From positions 32,001 to 96,000 of the forward strand of contig JBMNLZ010000002.1 in assembly GCA_050953065.1 (NCBI GenBank): a stretch of DNA of 64,000 bases. The letters run 5' to 3'. How positions within the stretch are numbered: position 1 is the stretch's first letter; each line of letters starts with the position of its first letter. Positions 31,413 to 41,653 of the stretch are shown in pieces. The notes below the pieces were generated by a model that worked only from the letters and a program-made list of their open reading frames with translations, searched no databases and was not told the origin of the DNA. Made by a program: the position numbers and the translations under genes. The stretch is from Bacilli bacterium (GTDB lineage Bacteria; Bacillota_I; Bacilli_A; ML615J-28; CAG-698).

Positions 31413-31445
31413 AAAAAGTTAGGCCTTTACCTAACTTTATTTTTT
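31413..31445 (-). terminator. Intrinsic terminator after fba
   Basis: AAAGTTAGG...CCTAACTTT hairpin. Confidence 0.7.
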
Positions 31446-32312
31446 TTACCATTTAACAGCTTTATTAGCCGAACCAAAAACACCAATCTTTTCTTTAACA
31501 GCCGCAGTAATTCCTTTTGCAGCAGGGCCTAAGATTTTTCTTGGATCATATACTTTAGAATCATTAGCAAGTAATGCTCTTAATTCGCGAGCAAACGCTA
31601 ATTGGCATTCAGTGTTAACATTAATTTTGCATGTTCCACAAGCAATAGCTTTTTTAATTTTTTCATCAGGAATACCAGTTCCACCATGTAATACTAAAGG
31701 AAGACGAGTAGCATTCATAATTTGTTCCATTTCTTTAAAACCTAAAACAGGTTCACCTTTATAAGGACCATGAACACTTCCTAAAGCTGGAGCTAAAGTA
31801 TCAATACCAGTTTCTTGAACTAACTTAACGCATTCATTAACATCAGCATATTTAATTCCATCACCAACAACATCATCTTCTTGTCCCCCAACAGTACCAA
31901 GTTCAGCCTCAACTGTAACTCCTCTGTTATGTGCATAATCAACAACTTCTTTTGTAATTCTAATATTTTCTGCTAATGGATGTTGAGATGCATCAATCAT
32001 AACAGAAGTAAATCCTGCATCGATTGCAGCCTTACATGCATCAAATGAACTTCCGTGGTCTAAATGAATTGCAACATCTACAGAAATTTTTTGATCTTTG
32101 ATTAATCCTTTTACCATTCCAACAACAGTTTTATACCCGCCCATATAACGAGCAGCACCTTCTGATACTCCTAGAATTACTGGAGAATTCATTTCTTCAG
32201 AAACTGCAAGGATTGTTTTTGTCCATTCAAGATTATTAATATTGAATTGACCAACCGCATACTTTTCTTCTTTTGCTTTTAAAAGCATATGTTTCATATT
32301 AACTAAAGCCAT
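31446..32312 (-). CDS. fba: Class II fructose-1,6-bisphosphate aldolase
   Basis: [33 protein letters not shown]. Start set from SD AGGAGG at 32320-32325. Confidence 0.97.
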   Translation of the reverse strand: MALVNMKHMLLKAKEEKYAVGQFNINNLEWTKTILAVSEEMNSPVILGVSEGAARYMGGYKTVVGMVKGLIKDQKISVDVAIHLDHGSSFDACKAAIDAGFTSVMIDASQHPLAENIRITKEVVDYAHNRGVTVEAELGTVGGQEDDVVGDGIKYADVNECVKLVQETGIDTLAPALGSVHGPYKGEPVLGFKEMEQIMNATRLPLVLHGGTGIPDEKIKKAIACGTCKINVNTECQLAFARELRALLANDSKVYDPRKILGPAAKGITAAVKEKIGVFGSANKAVKW

Positions 32313-32323
32313 ACTCATACCTC

Positions 32324-32626
32324 CTATTTCTTTTTACTTGTGTATTGTTTTAGTAATTCTTGATCTTGTTCTTTTTTCATTTCTTTTACTGCTTGTTTTT
32401 TCTCTAATCTATATGATACTAATATTAAGATTCCATAAGATACAATCGCAACACCAAGCCATGCTATGGCATATGGTTGGATAGCAACTAAAGCTCCACC
32501 CATAACATAATCCATTGTATGAGGAGTTGATACCCATGCTATAAAATATATTAGGAAATATAAAACAGCAATCCCAGCAAAAATGGAAATTCCAATTAGC
32601 CATTTTTTAAAAGTTTTTTCGTTCAT
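32324..32626 (-). CDS. Hypothetical 2-TM membrane protein
   Basis: ORF with SD GAGGTG and two hydrophobic helices. Confidence 0.65.
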   Translation of the reverse strand: MNEKTFKKWLIGISIFAGIAVLYFLIYFIAWVSTPHTMDYVMGGALVAIQPYAIAWLGVAIVSYGILILVSYRLEKKQAVKEMKKEQDQELLKQYTSKKK

Positions 32627-32698
32627 GTTTCACCTCGAGTTAATTAATTTTAAAAACCTTTTTTATTATATCACGAAAATTATTAAACTTCAATAATA

Positions 32699-32968
32699 TT
32701 ATACATTTTCAATTCCTTTATTTGTTTTTATTTTTTTAATAACAAACTTATTCAAAACTAAAATTAAAACTAAAAGAAGTACTGCTCCTACAAAAAATGT
32801 CCCTGACATTAAAAGAAAACCAGTATATCTTCCATTAGGAAAACTTGGATCAACTGCAATTAGTCTTGGTTGTTTTGAAGCTAAAAGCAAATACCCAAAG
32901 GCTGAATAAAAACAATACATCATACAAATCCCACAAATCAACATAAATAATTTAACAACGCTTTTCAT
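32699..32968 (-). CDS. Hypothetical 2-TM membrane protein
   Basis: Coupled to the upstream lipoprotein gene (2-bp gap); two hydrophobic segments. Confidence 0.6.
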   Translation of the reverse strand: MKSVVKLFMLICGICMMYCFYSAFGYLLLASKQPRLIAVDPSFPNGRYTGFLLMSGTFFVGAVLLLVLILVLNKFVIKKIKTNKGIENV

Positions 32969-32970
32969 TT

Positions 32971-33609
32971 TTATCCCTCCATCCTATATTCTCTAAACTC
33001 AGACTTTTTAAAATAACCCATTTTTTCATTATGAGGAATTGGTTTTTCTATAACATAACCTTCAAAAAGCATAATCTCTTCTTTTAGGCTTGTTGGTGTT
33101 ATCACCATGCCTGATGAAAGATGGGCTTCTTCTCCAACAATTTCATTCCATAAATTAAACGAAAAGTAAGAACAATTTTTTCTAGGAGTCCATAAATCAT
33201 TTTCTTCAATAAAAGTATTCATTTTTTCAATATCTTCTACTGTCAATCCATAACTTAAAGAATATCTATTTATATATCTTTGATACTCATGAATATAAGC
33301 ACTTTCTATATTAAACCAAACACCAGCATGTAGGCTTGTATTCCAAGCACTAAAAGTAATCTCTTCAGTTGGTGCTACATCAAATCCATAAATAGTAATA
33401 ACTTCACTACTTTTATTTTCTAAAGTTAAAAAAGCATGTCCTAAATTCATAAGTCCATATTTAGTCTCATCTTTTCCATCGTATGTTACTAAACTTAAAA
33501 TCGCAACTGCATCTTCAGAAATAATTATTTTATTCTTTAAGATAGGCTCTTTTTTAACACAACCAACGCTAAAGATTAATAACATAAACAACAAAATTAT
33601 CCTCTTCAT
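32971..33609 (-). CDS. Lipoprotein with possible permuted papain-like (His...NC) fold
   Basis: SD GGAGG; MKRIILL..SVGC lipobox; LGHAFL and KNCSYFS motifs. Confidence 0.6.
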   Translation of the reverse strand: MKRIILLFMLLIFSVGCVKKEPILKNKIIISEDAVAILSLVTYDGKDETKYGLMNLGHAFLTLENKSSEVITIYGFDVAPTEEITFSAWNTSLHAGVWFNIESAYIHEYQRYINRYSLSYGLTVEDIEKMNTFIEENDLWTPRKNCSYFSFNLWNEIVGEEAHLSSGMVITPTSLKEEIMLFEGYVIEKPIPHNEKMGYFKKSEFREYRMEG

Positions 33610-33685
33610 ATTATCCTCCAAAAATAAACTGATAATTTATTTTATCACAAAATTATTTAAAGTCCATTGTTTATTAAAACAAAAA

Positions 33686-33713
33686 TAAAGTTGTAAGAAA
33701 ATTACAACTTTAT
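33686..33713 (-). terminator. Intrinsic terminator
   Basis: ATAAAGTTGTAA...TTACAACTTTAT hairpin. Confidence 0.7.
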
Positions 33714-33721
33714 TAATTAAT

Positions 33722-34561
33722 TTATTCAATAAACTCTATATAAATATTTCCATTTGTTGTGTTTAGTTTTATAACATTTGATTTACTTGGATTAAGAGTT
33801 TGACTTGCTAGTACCATATCTTCAAAATAAATCTTACCATTTGTTGTTCTGACACTTATTCTAAAGTCATCTGAATTACCAATGATGCTTACTCTTACTG
33901 TACCGTTTGTTGTAGCACAATCTGCATCAAGTGTCATAACACTTGTTAAGTTGATATTTCCATTAGTTGTTTCAGCAGATAACTTTTTATCTATTCTAGA
34001 ATTTACCACACTAATAGTCCCATTTGTTGTATTCATTGTAGCATCATTTTCAACATAAACATCTCTTAATGTTAAAGAACCATTCGTAGTTTCTAAATCA
34101 ACCATATTAATTAAAGATATATTTTCAACCTTAATATTTCCATTAGTTGTTTCAATATAAATATTACCTGAAAAACTAGCTGGTAAAAATAATTTAACTA
34201 ATCTAATGTGACTTGAAGTCCATTTAAAGATTGTAAAAATTTGTCTTTTTGTAATATTATCTAAAATTAATCTTCCTTCTGTATAATTATAATTAAAACT
34301 ATCCTTTTCAGAATTAAAATATTCTAAATGCCAACTATCATCACTTGATAGCACAACTTCAACTGATCTATTAATTGCTGTAATATTAATTTCTGTAATT
34401 GTTTCTGTTCCTTCTTGTTTTATAAAAGTATATGACCCATCATCATTAAAATGAGTTGCTACACTTTTTATATCTCCACCCAAAGCAAAAACTCCTACTA
34501 AAGAGATAACTATTCCAAACAACATTGCTAAACCTAAAAATTTTAAAATTTTACTAAGCAT
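33722..34561 (-). CDS. DUF4097 beta-strand repeat (toast-rack) protein
   Basis: N-terminal TM helix; repeated TTNG.I motifs. Confidence 0.88.
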   Translation of the reverse strand: MLSKILKFLGLAMLFGIVISLVGVFALGGDIKSVATHFNDDGSYTFIKQEGTETITEINITAINRSVEVVLSSDDSWHLEYFNSEKDSFNYNYTEGRLILDNITKRQIFTIFKWTSSHIRLVKLFLPASFSGNIYIETTNGNIKVENISLINMVDLETTNGSLTLRDVYVENDATMNTTNGTISVVNSRIDKKLSAETTNGNINLTSVMTLDADCATTNGTVRVSIIGNSDDFRISVRTTNGKIYFEDMVLASQTLNPSKSNVIKLNTTNGNIYIEFIE

Positions 34562-35138
34562 TAGTATTTACCTCCACTTTTTTCTTAATTACCCTACTAA
34601 ACAATTTAGTTATTTTATTAAATAAAAATACCGCTAATTGATAAGCCCAAATCAGCAACATTCCAATAAAACTTAAAGCAAAAATAAGAATTCCTGCAAC
34701 AATAAATCCATTACCAATCCCTAAAGTTCCACTTAAAAGTAGTGGTACTGCAACAATTATTGCTATTATAAAAGATGAAATTAAACCAACTATAGAACCT
34801 AAAAACCCAAGAAATAACCCTATCGCAATTGCAACAAAACCTATCGCTAATAAAACCAAAATAGGGGAAGTACAAATTGCTAAAATTGCAACAAAACTTT
34901 TCCATGATTTTTTAATGTCTTTAGAATCACTTCTATTTTCTACAATATCAACTGTAATCCTAGCAACTATTTTTTCTATATCACCAAAACCTTCTATAAT
35001 TTCAGCCTCTGTTTTACCAGCTTCAACTCCTTCAGCTATTATTTCTTCATAATAAGAAATAGCTTCACTAATTTCTATTTCAGAAAACTTATTTTTAAGT
35101 GCTTCTTTTAATTTTAAAACAAATTCATTTTTATCCAT
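34554..35138 (-). CDS. DUF1700 (HAAS) membrane protein
   Basis: M.K.EF...L...L...YYEE.I......G..E.EII..FG; three TM helices; SD at 35145-35150. Confidence 0.88.
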   Translation of the reverse strand: MDKNEFVLKLKEALKNKFSEIEISEAISYYEEIIAEGVEAGKTEAEIIEGFGDIEKIVARITVDIVENRSDSKDIKKSWKSFVAILAICTSPILVLLAIGFVAIAIGLFLGFLGSIVGLISSFIIAIIVAVPLLLSGTLGIGNGFIVAGILIFALSFIGMLLIWAYQLAVFLFNKITKLFSRVIKKKVEVNTNA

Positions 35139-35457
35139 TTCTATCTCCTTCTTCATTTCTTAAAATAAAATCATAAACTTTTTTAATATCTTCCCATTCT
35201 TTTTTAAAACTAACTAACCGTTCTTTTCCATTATCTGTTATTCGATAATACTTTCTAAGCCTCCCATTATATTCTTCTTGATAAGTACTTATACTTCCAC
35301 TTGCTTCAAGGCGCCTTAGAATTGGGTATAAAGTAGATTCGCTAATTTCAATAATCTCTGATAACTCTTGAACTATTTTATAACCATATGATTCTTCTTT
35401 CTTTAAAAACCCTAAAACAAACATCTCTAAGATTCCTTTTTTAAGTTGCGTTTTCAT
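35131..35457 (-). CDS. PadR-family transcriptional regulator
   Basis: QLKKG.LE, SYGY, ESTLYPILRRLE, RKYY.IT..G. Confidence 0.92.
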   Translation of the reverse strand: MKTQLKKGILEMFVLGFLKKEESYGYKIVQELSEIIEISESTLYPILRRLEASGSISTYQEEYNGRLRKYYRITDNGKERLVSFKKEWEDIKKVYDFILRNEEGDRNG

Positions 35458-35478
35458 AAATACCCCCTTTCACACAAT

Positions 35479-35507
35479 ATTATACATTGCATAGTATTGC
35501 TTGTCAA
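35479..35507 (-). promoter_or_regulatory. sigma-A promoter of the padR operon
   Basis: TTGACA-17 bp-TATAAT consensus. Confidence 0.85.
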
Positions 35508-35658
35508 TAGAAAAAATAAAAATATTTTAAATATTTTAAATCGTAGGTTCATTCTTAAGGAGTTGTTTGTTTGCAATTTTAAAATTTTTATATTATAATA
35601 TTTGTAGATATTTATCTTAAAATAGATAAATAAGTTTTAGAGTTGAGGGGACTTAAAA

Positions 35659-36813
35659 ATGTTTTTATTAGAAGTTGTATTAGAAGAAATTCTAGTTGCT
35701 AACTCGGTTGGTTTACTCGTACTGATTGTTTCTATGTTGTCTCGGATTGAAATAAGAAAGGAAAAGCATATCAGTGGAAAGTTTTTTGAAGGAATGGTTT
35801 GGATTACTTTCTTGGCTTTAATTATGGAAACATTAACTTTTGTAATAGATGAAAAGCCAGGAGTTATAATCCATATCCTACAGCATGTAACTAACGCCTA
35901 CCTTTTCCTTGCTTCAAGTTGCGTCGGTATACTTTGGGTATTATTTGTTGATGTTCGTATTTTCCATAGTATTCCCCGAATCAAAAAATGGCTTAAAGTT
36001 CTTATCATCCCATATGCTATTTTAATTTTGTTCATCATATGCGACCTTTTCGGAACAAATTTTATTTTTTCTATCGATGAAAATAATAAATATGTGCGTG
36101 GTGATTTTGTAGTTTTCTCGTTTGCTTTTGTATATTGCTGTTATGCTATAACTTTAGTTCTTGCAATTCTTGCTGTAAAGCGACACGGACATATTCGGTT
36201 TTTCCCAGTTCACTATTTTATAATACCTTCTCTTTTAGGAACAATAGCCCAAGGTTTATTTTATGGTTTGTCTGTAGGATGGTTATGTTTAAGTATTTCA
36301 CTTTTATTTATCCAACTACATCTTGCAAACCAGAATGCATGTGAGGACGAACTTTCAGGATTATACAATCGTAAATACTTTGGTTGGATGCTTGAAAAAC
36401 TAACATCTACTAAAAAGAACCGTTTGATTGGAGCAATCATGATGGATGTTGACCACTTCAAAACTATAAATGATGAATTCGGCCATTCAGTTGGTGATGA
36501 TGTTATCCAAACTATTGGTAAACTCTTATCAAAGATTAACACAGCCAGCACAATTGCTTTCCGTATTGGAGGCGATGAATTTGTTGTTCTTCACGTAAAT
36601 CATAGCGAAACTGAACTTGAACAATTATGTTCAAAAATTAATGACCAAGTATCAGAGTTTAATAAAACCACAACAAAACCATATTCATTATCCGTTTCTA
36701 TGGCATATTCAACTTGCAACACGGCTAACTTTAGTCCAGACCAATTCTTCCATCAACTGGATTTAAAGATGTATGAACAAAAAGCACTAAAGAAAACAAA
36801 GGTTCGTAAATAA
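35659..36813 (+). CDS. Membrane-bound diguanylate cyclase (about 7 TM + GGDEF)
   Basis: DELSGLYNR, DVDHFKTINDEFGH..GD, RIGGDEF. Confidence 0.92.
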   Translation: MFLLEVVLEEILVANSVGLLVLIVSMLSRIEIRKEKHISGKFFEGMVWITFLALIMETLTFVIDEKPGVIIHILQHVTNAYLFLASSCVGILWVLFVDVRIFHSIPRIKKWLKVLIIPYAILILFIICDLFGTNFIFSIDENNKYVRGDFVVFSFAFVYCCYAITLVLAILAVKRHGHIRFFPVHYFIIPSLLGTIAQGLFYGLSVGWLCLSISLLFIQLHLANQNACEDELSGLYNRKYFGWMLEKLTSTKKNRLIGAIMMDVDHFKTINDEFGHSVGDDVIQTIGKLLSKINTASTIAFRIGGDEFVVLHVNHSETELEQLCSKINDQVSEFNKTTTKPYSLSVSMAYSTCNTANFSPDQFFHQLDLKMYEQKALKKTKVRK

Positions 36814-36871
36814 AAAAGATTTATAAATAAAAAAGAAAAATATTTTAAATATTTTTCTTTTTTTTGTTTTA

Positions 36872-37867
36872 TTATAAATTTTTAATAATCTCAACAACCA
36901 TTGAAGAAGCTGTTCCTTTTCCTCCCATATCTGGAGTCGATGTTTCTTTATTTTTTAATGCTTCTTTAATTGCATTTTTAATTCTTGCACTCGCTTCTTT
37001 TTCTCCAATATGATCTAACATCATTGTTGCAGATAATAATAAAGCAATTGGATTAGCTCTATCTTGTCCTACCATTTTAGGAGCAGAACCATGAACTGCT
37101 TCAAAGATTGCAATCTCTTTTCCCATATTAGCACCAGGTGCAACACCAAGACCACCAACCAGTCCTGCTACTAAATCAGAAACAATATCTCCATATAAAT
37201 TTGGAGCAACTAACATATCATATTCTTCTGGTTTTTTAACAAGTTGCATACACATATTATCAACGATTTTATCATCTGCAATAATACTTGGATATTCTTC
37301 TTTCATTTCATTAAAAATCTTTAAAAATAATCCATCTGTTTTTTTCAAGATATTTGATTTATGAATACAAGTTAATCTTTTACGATTATTCTTAACTGCA
37401 TATTCAAAAGCAAATCTAATAATGTTTCTTGTTGCTTTTTCTGTGATTAGTTTTATTGCTTTTGCTCCACCTTCAATATCTTCTTCTAACCCAATATATA
37501 AATCTTCAGTATTTTCTCTAATCATTACAATGTCCACATCATCATATTTACTTAAACCTGGAATCAAAGTTTTTGCAGGTCTTACATTAGCATATAAATC
37601 AAACTTAAGCCTTAACTCAACATTAACAGATCTAAACCCCTCACCAATAGGAGTAGTAACTGGCCCTTTTAGAGCAACTTTATATTTGTTAACAGCTACT
37701 GCTACTTCATCTGGAATTAAAACTCCTGTTTTATCATATGCAAGCTGACCAATCAAAAATTCATGCCATCTTATTTTGACTCCAGCTGCTTCAATTATTT
37801 TAAGACATGCATCCGTAATCTCAGGACCAATTCCATCTCCTTTAAATAAAACTATATCATGAATCAT
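36872..37867 (-). CDS. icd: Isocitrate/isopropylmalate dehydrogenase family protein, probably NAD-dependent isocitrate dehydrogenase
   Basis: GDGIGPEI, RENTED, NLYGDIVSD, FEAVHGSAP; in operon with citrate synthase and aconitase. Confidence 0.88.
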   Translation of the reverse strand: MIHDIVLFKGDGIGPEITDACLKIIEAAGVKIRWHEFLIGQLAYDKTGVLIPDEVAVAVNKYKVALKGPVTTPIGEGFRSVNVELRLKFDLYANVRPAKTLIPGLSKYDDVDIVMIRENTEDLYIGLEEDIEGGAKAIKLITEKATRNIIRFAFEYAVKNNRKRLTCIHKSNILKKTDGLFLKIFNEMKEEYPSIIADDKIVDNMCMQLVKKPEEYDMLVAPNLYGDIVSDLVAGLVGGLGVAPGANMGKEIAIFEAVHGSAPKMVGQDRANPIALLLSATMMLDHIGEKEASARIKNAIKEALKNKETSTPDMGGKGTASSMVVEIIKNL

Positions 37868-39192
37868 TTCTTTTCACCAATCTTTCTAAATTCTCCAACA
37901 TAAAGTGCTGCTGGTCTAATCATTCTACTACAATAAAGTTTGTTTTCAATATTATGAGCAACCCAACCTACCATTCTAGCTGTTGCAAATATTGGAGTAC
38001 ATAACTCTTCTGGAATATCTAACAATCTATAAGTTAAGCCACTATAAAAGTCAACATTCGCACAAACGTTAAAGTTTTCACCTTTTCTTTTCTTTAATTC
38101 TCTAATTGCAATTTTTTCAAAACGATAATAGAAATCAAATCTCTTACCCTCACCTTTTGAAATTGCTAATTCCTTACATTTTGTTCTTAATAGTTCTGCT
38201 CTTGGATCACTTTTTGTATAAACTGCATGACCTAATCCATAGATTAAACCTTTCTTATCATAAAAGTTTTTATCTAATAAATCATTAACTATTTTAGTAA
38301 TTGTATTATCAGTTGCATTAATTCCAATCTTTTTTATCACAGCTTTAAACATATCATCTACTTCTTTACTAGCACCACCATGTAGCGGTCCTTTTAAAGA
38401 ACCAAGTGCCGCAGAAACCGATGAATAAAAATCAGTTGCTGTAGAACTTACAACAATATTAGTAAAAGTTGAGTTATTAGCACCACCATGATCTGCATGA
38501 ATCATTAATAATAAATCTAATGTTTGAGCTTCTTCTTTTGTAAAGGTGTCTTCTTTTCTAAGTAAATGTAATATATTTTCTGCAATTGAATAATTTTTAT
38601 TAGGTAAGTGAACTATCAAACTATTCTCATCAATTAAATGTGATTTTGAATAATAAGTATAAACAGCTAAAGCTGGCATCTTAGCAAGTAAAGATACTCC
38701 TTTTTCTAAAACAACTTTTGGATCAGTTGAATCTGGATCTTCATCATAAATATAAAGAGTTAAAACATTTCTTTGAAGTTGATTCATTAAGTTTTTACTA
38801 GGATATTCTAAAATAACTCTAGTATTAAATTTTCTTGGTAAATTATATAAATTTGCTAGAGTTTTTTTAAACTCTTCTAATTCACTATCAGTTGGTAATT
38901 CACCAAACAATATCAAATAACAAATCCTTTCAAAGCCATATCTTTCATAATTTTGATTAACTAAATCATTTAAATCATAACCTCTATAATATAAATGTCC
39001 TTCATCATCTACTTTTTTCCCATCTACTATATTATAACCATGAACCTCACAAATTTTAGTAAGACCCACTAAAACTCCAGTTCCATTAACATTTCTTAAT
39101 CCTCTTTTTACATTATGTTCTTCATATAATTTTCCATCAATGAAATTTCTTTCTGTTGACTCTACATATTTTTTAGTTAAAAAATTGTCCAT
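37864..39192 (-). CDS. gltA: Citrate synthase
   Basis: HADHGG.NNSTF, LKGPLHGGA, GLGHAVY, DPRA, NVDFYSG. Confidence 0.93.
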   Translation of the reverse strand: MDNFLTKKYVESTERNFIDGKLYEEHNVKRGLRNVNGTGVLVGLTKICEVHGYNIVDGKKVDDEGHLYYRGYDLNDLVNQNYERYGFERICYLILFGELPTDSELEEFKKTLANLYNLPRKFNTRVILEYPSKNLMNQLQRNVLTLYIYDEDPDSTDPKVVLEKGVSLLAKMPALAVYTYYSKSHLIDENSLIVHLPNKNYSIAENILHLLRKEDTFTKEEAQTLDLLLMIHADHGGANNSTFTNIVVSSTATDFYSSVSAALGSLKGPLHGGASKEVDDMFKAVIKKIGINATDNTITKIVNDLLDKNFYDKKGLIYGLGHAVYTKSDPRAELLRTKCKELAISKGEGKRFDFYYRFEKIAIRELKKRKGENFNVCANVDFYSGLTYRLLDIPEELCTPIFATARMVGWVAHNIENKLYCSRMIRPAALYVGEFRKIGEKK

Positions 39193-39201
39193 AGTTTTCT
39201 C

Positions 39202-41109
39202 CTATTTTTTATTTAAATTTTTAATAAATTTAAGCATTCCACCAGCTTTGATAATTTCGATTTCTTTTTTATCTAAATTATGAGAAACTTCAAAATCAAA
39301 ATTTTTGCTTATATTCTTAACTAGCAAAGTTTTATCTTCAATAATATCACTTGTATTAATTTCTAAAATATCTTTTTGAAAGATTTTATTATAATCTTCC
39401 TCATTAACAAATACAAATGGTAAGATTCCAAAATTAATTAAATTCTTTCTATGAATTCTAGCAAAACTTTTAGTAATAACTGCTTTTACTCCTAAATATT
39501 TAGGAGCAATTGCAGCATGCTCTCTACTAGAACCTTGTCCATAATTGTGCCCTGCTACAACAATACTTCCTCCTAACTCTAAGGCTCTTGCTTTAAAGTT
39601 AGGATCTTTTGTATTAAAAACAAATTCTGAAATTTTATCAATATTTGATCTATAAGGTAAGACTTTACTGCCTGCTGGCATTATATCATCGGTTGTAATA
39701 TTATCATCTAGTTTTAAAATAACTTCATTCTTAACTGTCTTTTCTAAAGGGCTAGCCTCAAACAAAGGTTTAATATTTGGACCCCTAACAATTACGTCTT
39801 TAAACGTTGGTGCAATTATCATAGAATCATCAATAATAAATTCTTTTGGCATTGGCATTTCATTAAAGTTAGAATCGTTTGTAATAAAACCTTTAATAGC
39901 AGAAGAAATCGCAGTCTCAGGGCTTACTAAATAAACCTTGGCAGAAAGAGTCCCACTTCTTCCGTAAAAGTTTCTATTAAAAGTTCTTAAAGACACCGCA
40001 TCAGTTGCAGGTGACATACCCATCCCAATACAAGCCCCACAAGCTGATTCTAAAATTCTTGCTCCTGCTTGAATAAAGATTTCTAAAATACCATCTCTTG
40101 TAATCATTTCTAAAACTTGTTTTGAACCTGGTACTATTCCTAAACTGACATCTTTGTGGATCTTTTTACCTTTAATAATACTAGCCGCTTTCATTAAGTC
40201 ATAATAAGATGAATTAGTACAACTGCCAATTAAAACTTGATCAACTTTAATATGACTTAGTGTTTCAATTCCTGCAACTTTATCAGGACTATGAGGCATT
40301 GCTGCAAGTGGAGTTAACAAACTTAAATCTATGATATATTTTTCATCATAAATTGCATCCTTATCAGCTTCTAGCTCTACAAAATCACTTTCTCTTTTTT
40401 GCATTTTTAAAAATTCAAGCGTTACTTCATCACTTGGAAAAATTGAACTAGTTGCTCCAAGTTCTGCTCCCATATTAGTTATTGTTGCTCTTTCTGGAAC
40501 ACTTAAACTTTTAATACCTTCTCCACTATATTCAATAACTTTATTAACGCCACCTTTAACAGTTAACATTCTTAAAACTTCTAAAATAATATCTTTAGCA
40601 CTAACACCTTTTTTAAGTTTACCTCTTAATTCAATATTTACTATTTTAGGCATCACTAAAGTAAAACCTTCTCCTGCCATAGCTAGTGCTACATCTAGTC
40701 CTCCTGCACCAATTGCAAGCATCCCCATCCCTCCACTTGTTGGAGTGTGAGAATCAGAACCAAGTAAAGTTTTACCAGGTTTAGAAAATCTTTCTAAATG
40801 AACTTGATGACAAATTCCATTTCCTGCTTTAGAATAATATATTCCATATTTATCAGCTACAGTTTGTAGGTATTTGTGGTCATCAGCATTTTCAAAACCA
40901 CTTTGCAAAGTATTATGATCAACATAGCTAACTGAAATTTCAGTTTTTACCTTTTCAATTCCTAATTGTTCTAATTCTAAATAAGCCATTGTTCCAGTTG
41001 CATCTTGTGTTAAGGTTTGATCAATTCTAATTGAGATGTTTTCACCTTTAACCATCTCACCTTCCAATAAATGATTTTTAATAATTTTTTCTGTAAGTGT
41101 ACGTCCCAC
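39202..41109 (-). CDS. acnA: Aconitate hydratase (short clostridial type)
   Basis: QDATG, DSHT, GSCTN, CGACIG, GSSREHAA; GTG start after GGGGGTG. Confidence 0.9.
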   Translation of the reverse strand: MGRTLTEKIIKNHLLEGEMVKGENISIRIDQTLTQDATGTMAYLELEQLGIEKVKTEISVSYVDHNTLQSGFENADDHKYLQTVADKYGIYYSKAGNGICHQVHLERFSKPGKTLLGSDSHTPTSGGMGMLAIGAGGLDVALAMAGEGFTLVMPKIVNIELRGKLKKGVSAKDIILEVLRMLTVKGGVNKVIEYSGEGIKSLSVPERATITNMGAELGATSSIFPSDEVTLEFLKMQKRESDFVELEADKDAIYDEKYIIDLSLLTPLAAMPHSPDKVAGIETLSHIKVDQVLIGSCTNSSYYDLMKAASIIKGKKIHKDVSLGIVPGSKQVLEMITRDGILEIFIQAGARILESACGACIGMGMSPATDAVSLRTFNRNFYGRSGTLSAKVYLVSPETAISSAIKGFITNDSNFNEMPMPKEFIIDDSMIIAPTFKDVIVRGPNIKPLFEASPLEKTVKNEVILKLDDNITTDDIMPAGSKVLPYRSNIDKISEFVFNTKDPNFKARALELGGSIVVAGHNYGQGSSREHAAIAPKYLGVKAVITKSFARIHRKNLINFGILPFVFVNEEDYNKIFQKDILEINTSDIIEDKTLLVKNISKNFDFEVSHNLDKKEIEIIKAGGMLKFIKNLNKK

Positions 41110-41197
41110 AAATACACCCCCTTCATATTCAAATTTAATTTATATCATTATACTATAACCTCAATTATAAGTCAAAACATATTTTAGTAAAAAAGAA

Positions 41198-41223
41198 AGC
41201 AACTTAAAATTTTTAAGTTGCTT
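41198..41223 (-). terminator. Intrinsic terminator
   Basis: AGCAACTTAAAA/TTTTAAGTTGCT hairpin. Confidence 0.7.
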
Positions 41224-41602
41224 AACTTTCTCTTCTAAACCAGAATGTTGTTGTCCCATGCTCATAAGAAAAATTCTCTACTATGATTTGACCATCCTCA
41301 TATCTATGCTCAAATTCGGGTGTAGTTTTATTCCATAAAATTATTTTTCTATTTTCAATTCTATATTCATAAATATCTTTAGTCCCAACATATTCACCAT
41401 TTTCTTTATAAGATGTGACTGCATCAATCTCAGCCCTACCTTGAGCAGATAGTTTAATCGTATATGATTTAAAATCAGCTTTAGTATAATATCCATTTGC
41501 ATCATATAAAGTATATGTTCCAGCATAAGCTGCATATTTGTTTGTACAACCAATTAAAATAAATACCCCAAAAATTAAAATTAAAATTCCTAGTCTTTTC
41601 AT
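41222..41602 (-). CDS. Hypothetical lipoprotein
   Basis: MKRLG..LIGC lipobox; YAGTY.L start resembling lipocalin-like beta domains. Confidence 0.7.
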   Translation of the reverse strand: MKRLGILILIFGVFILIGCTNKYAAYAGTYTLYDANGYYTKADFKSYTIKLSAQGRAEIDAVTSYKENGEYVGTKDIYEYRIENRKIILWNKTTPEFEHRYEDGQIIVENFSYEHGTTTFWFRRES

Positions 41603-41653
41603 AACTCACCTCAAACATATAAACTATTATAACACAATTTTGATAAATATATC

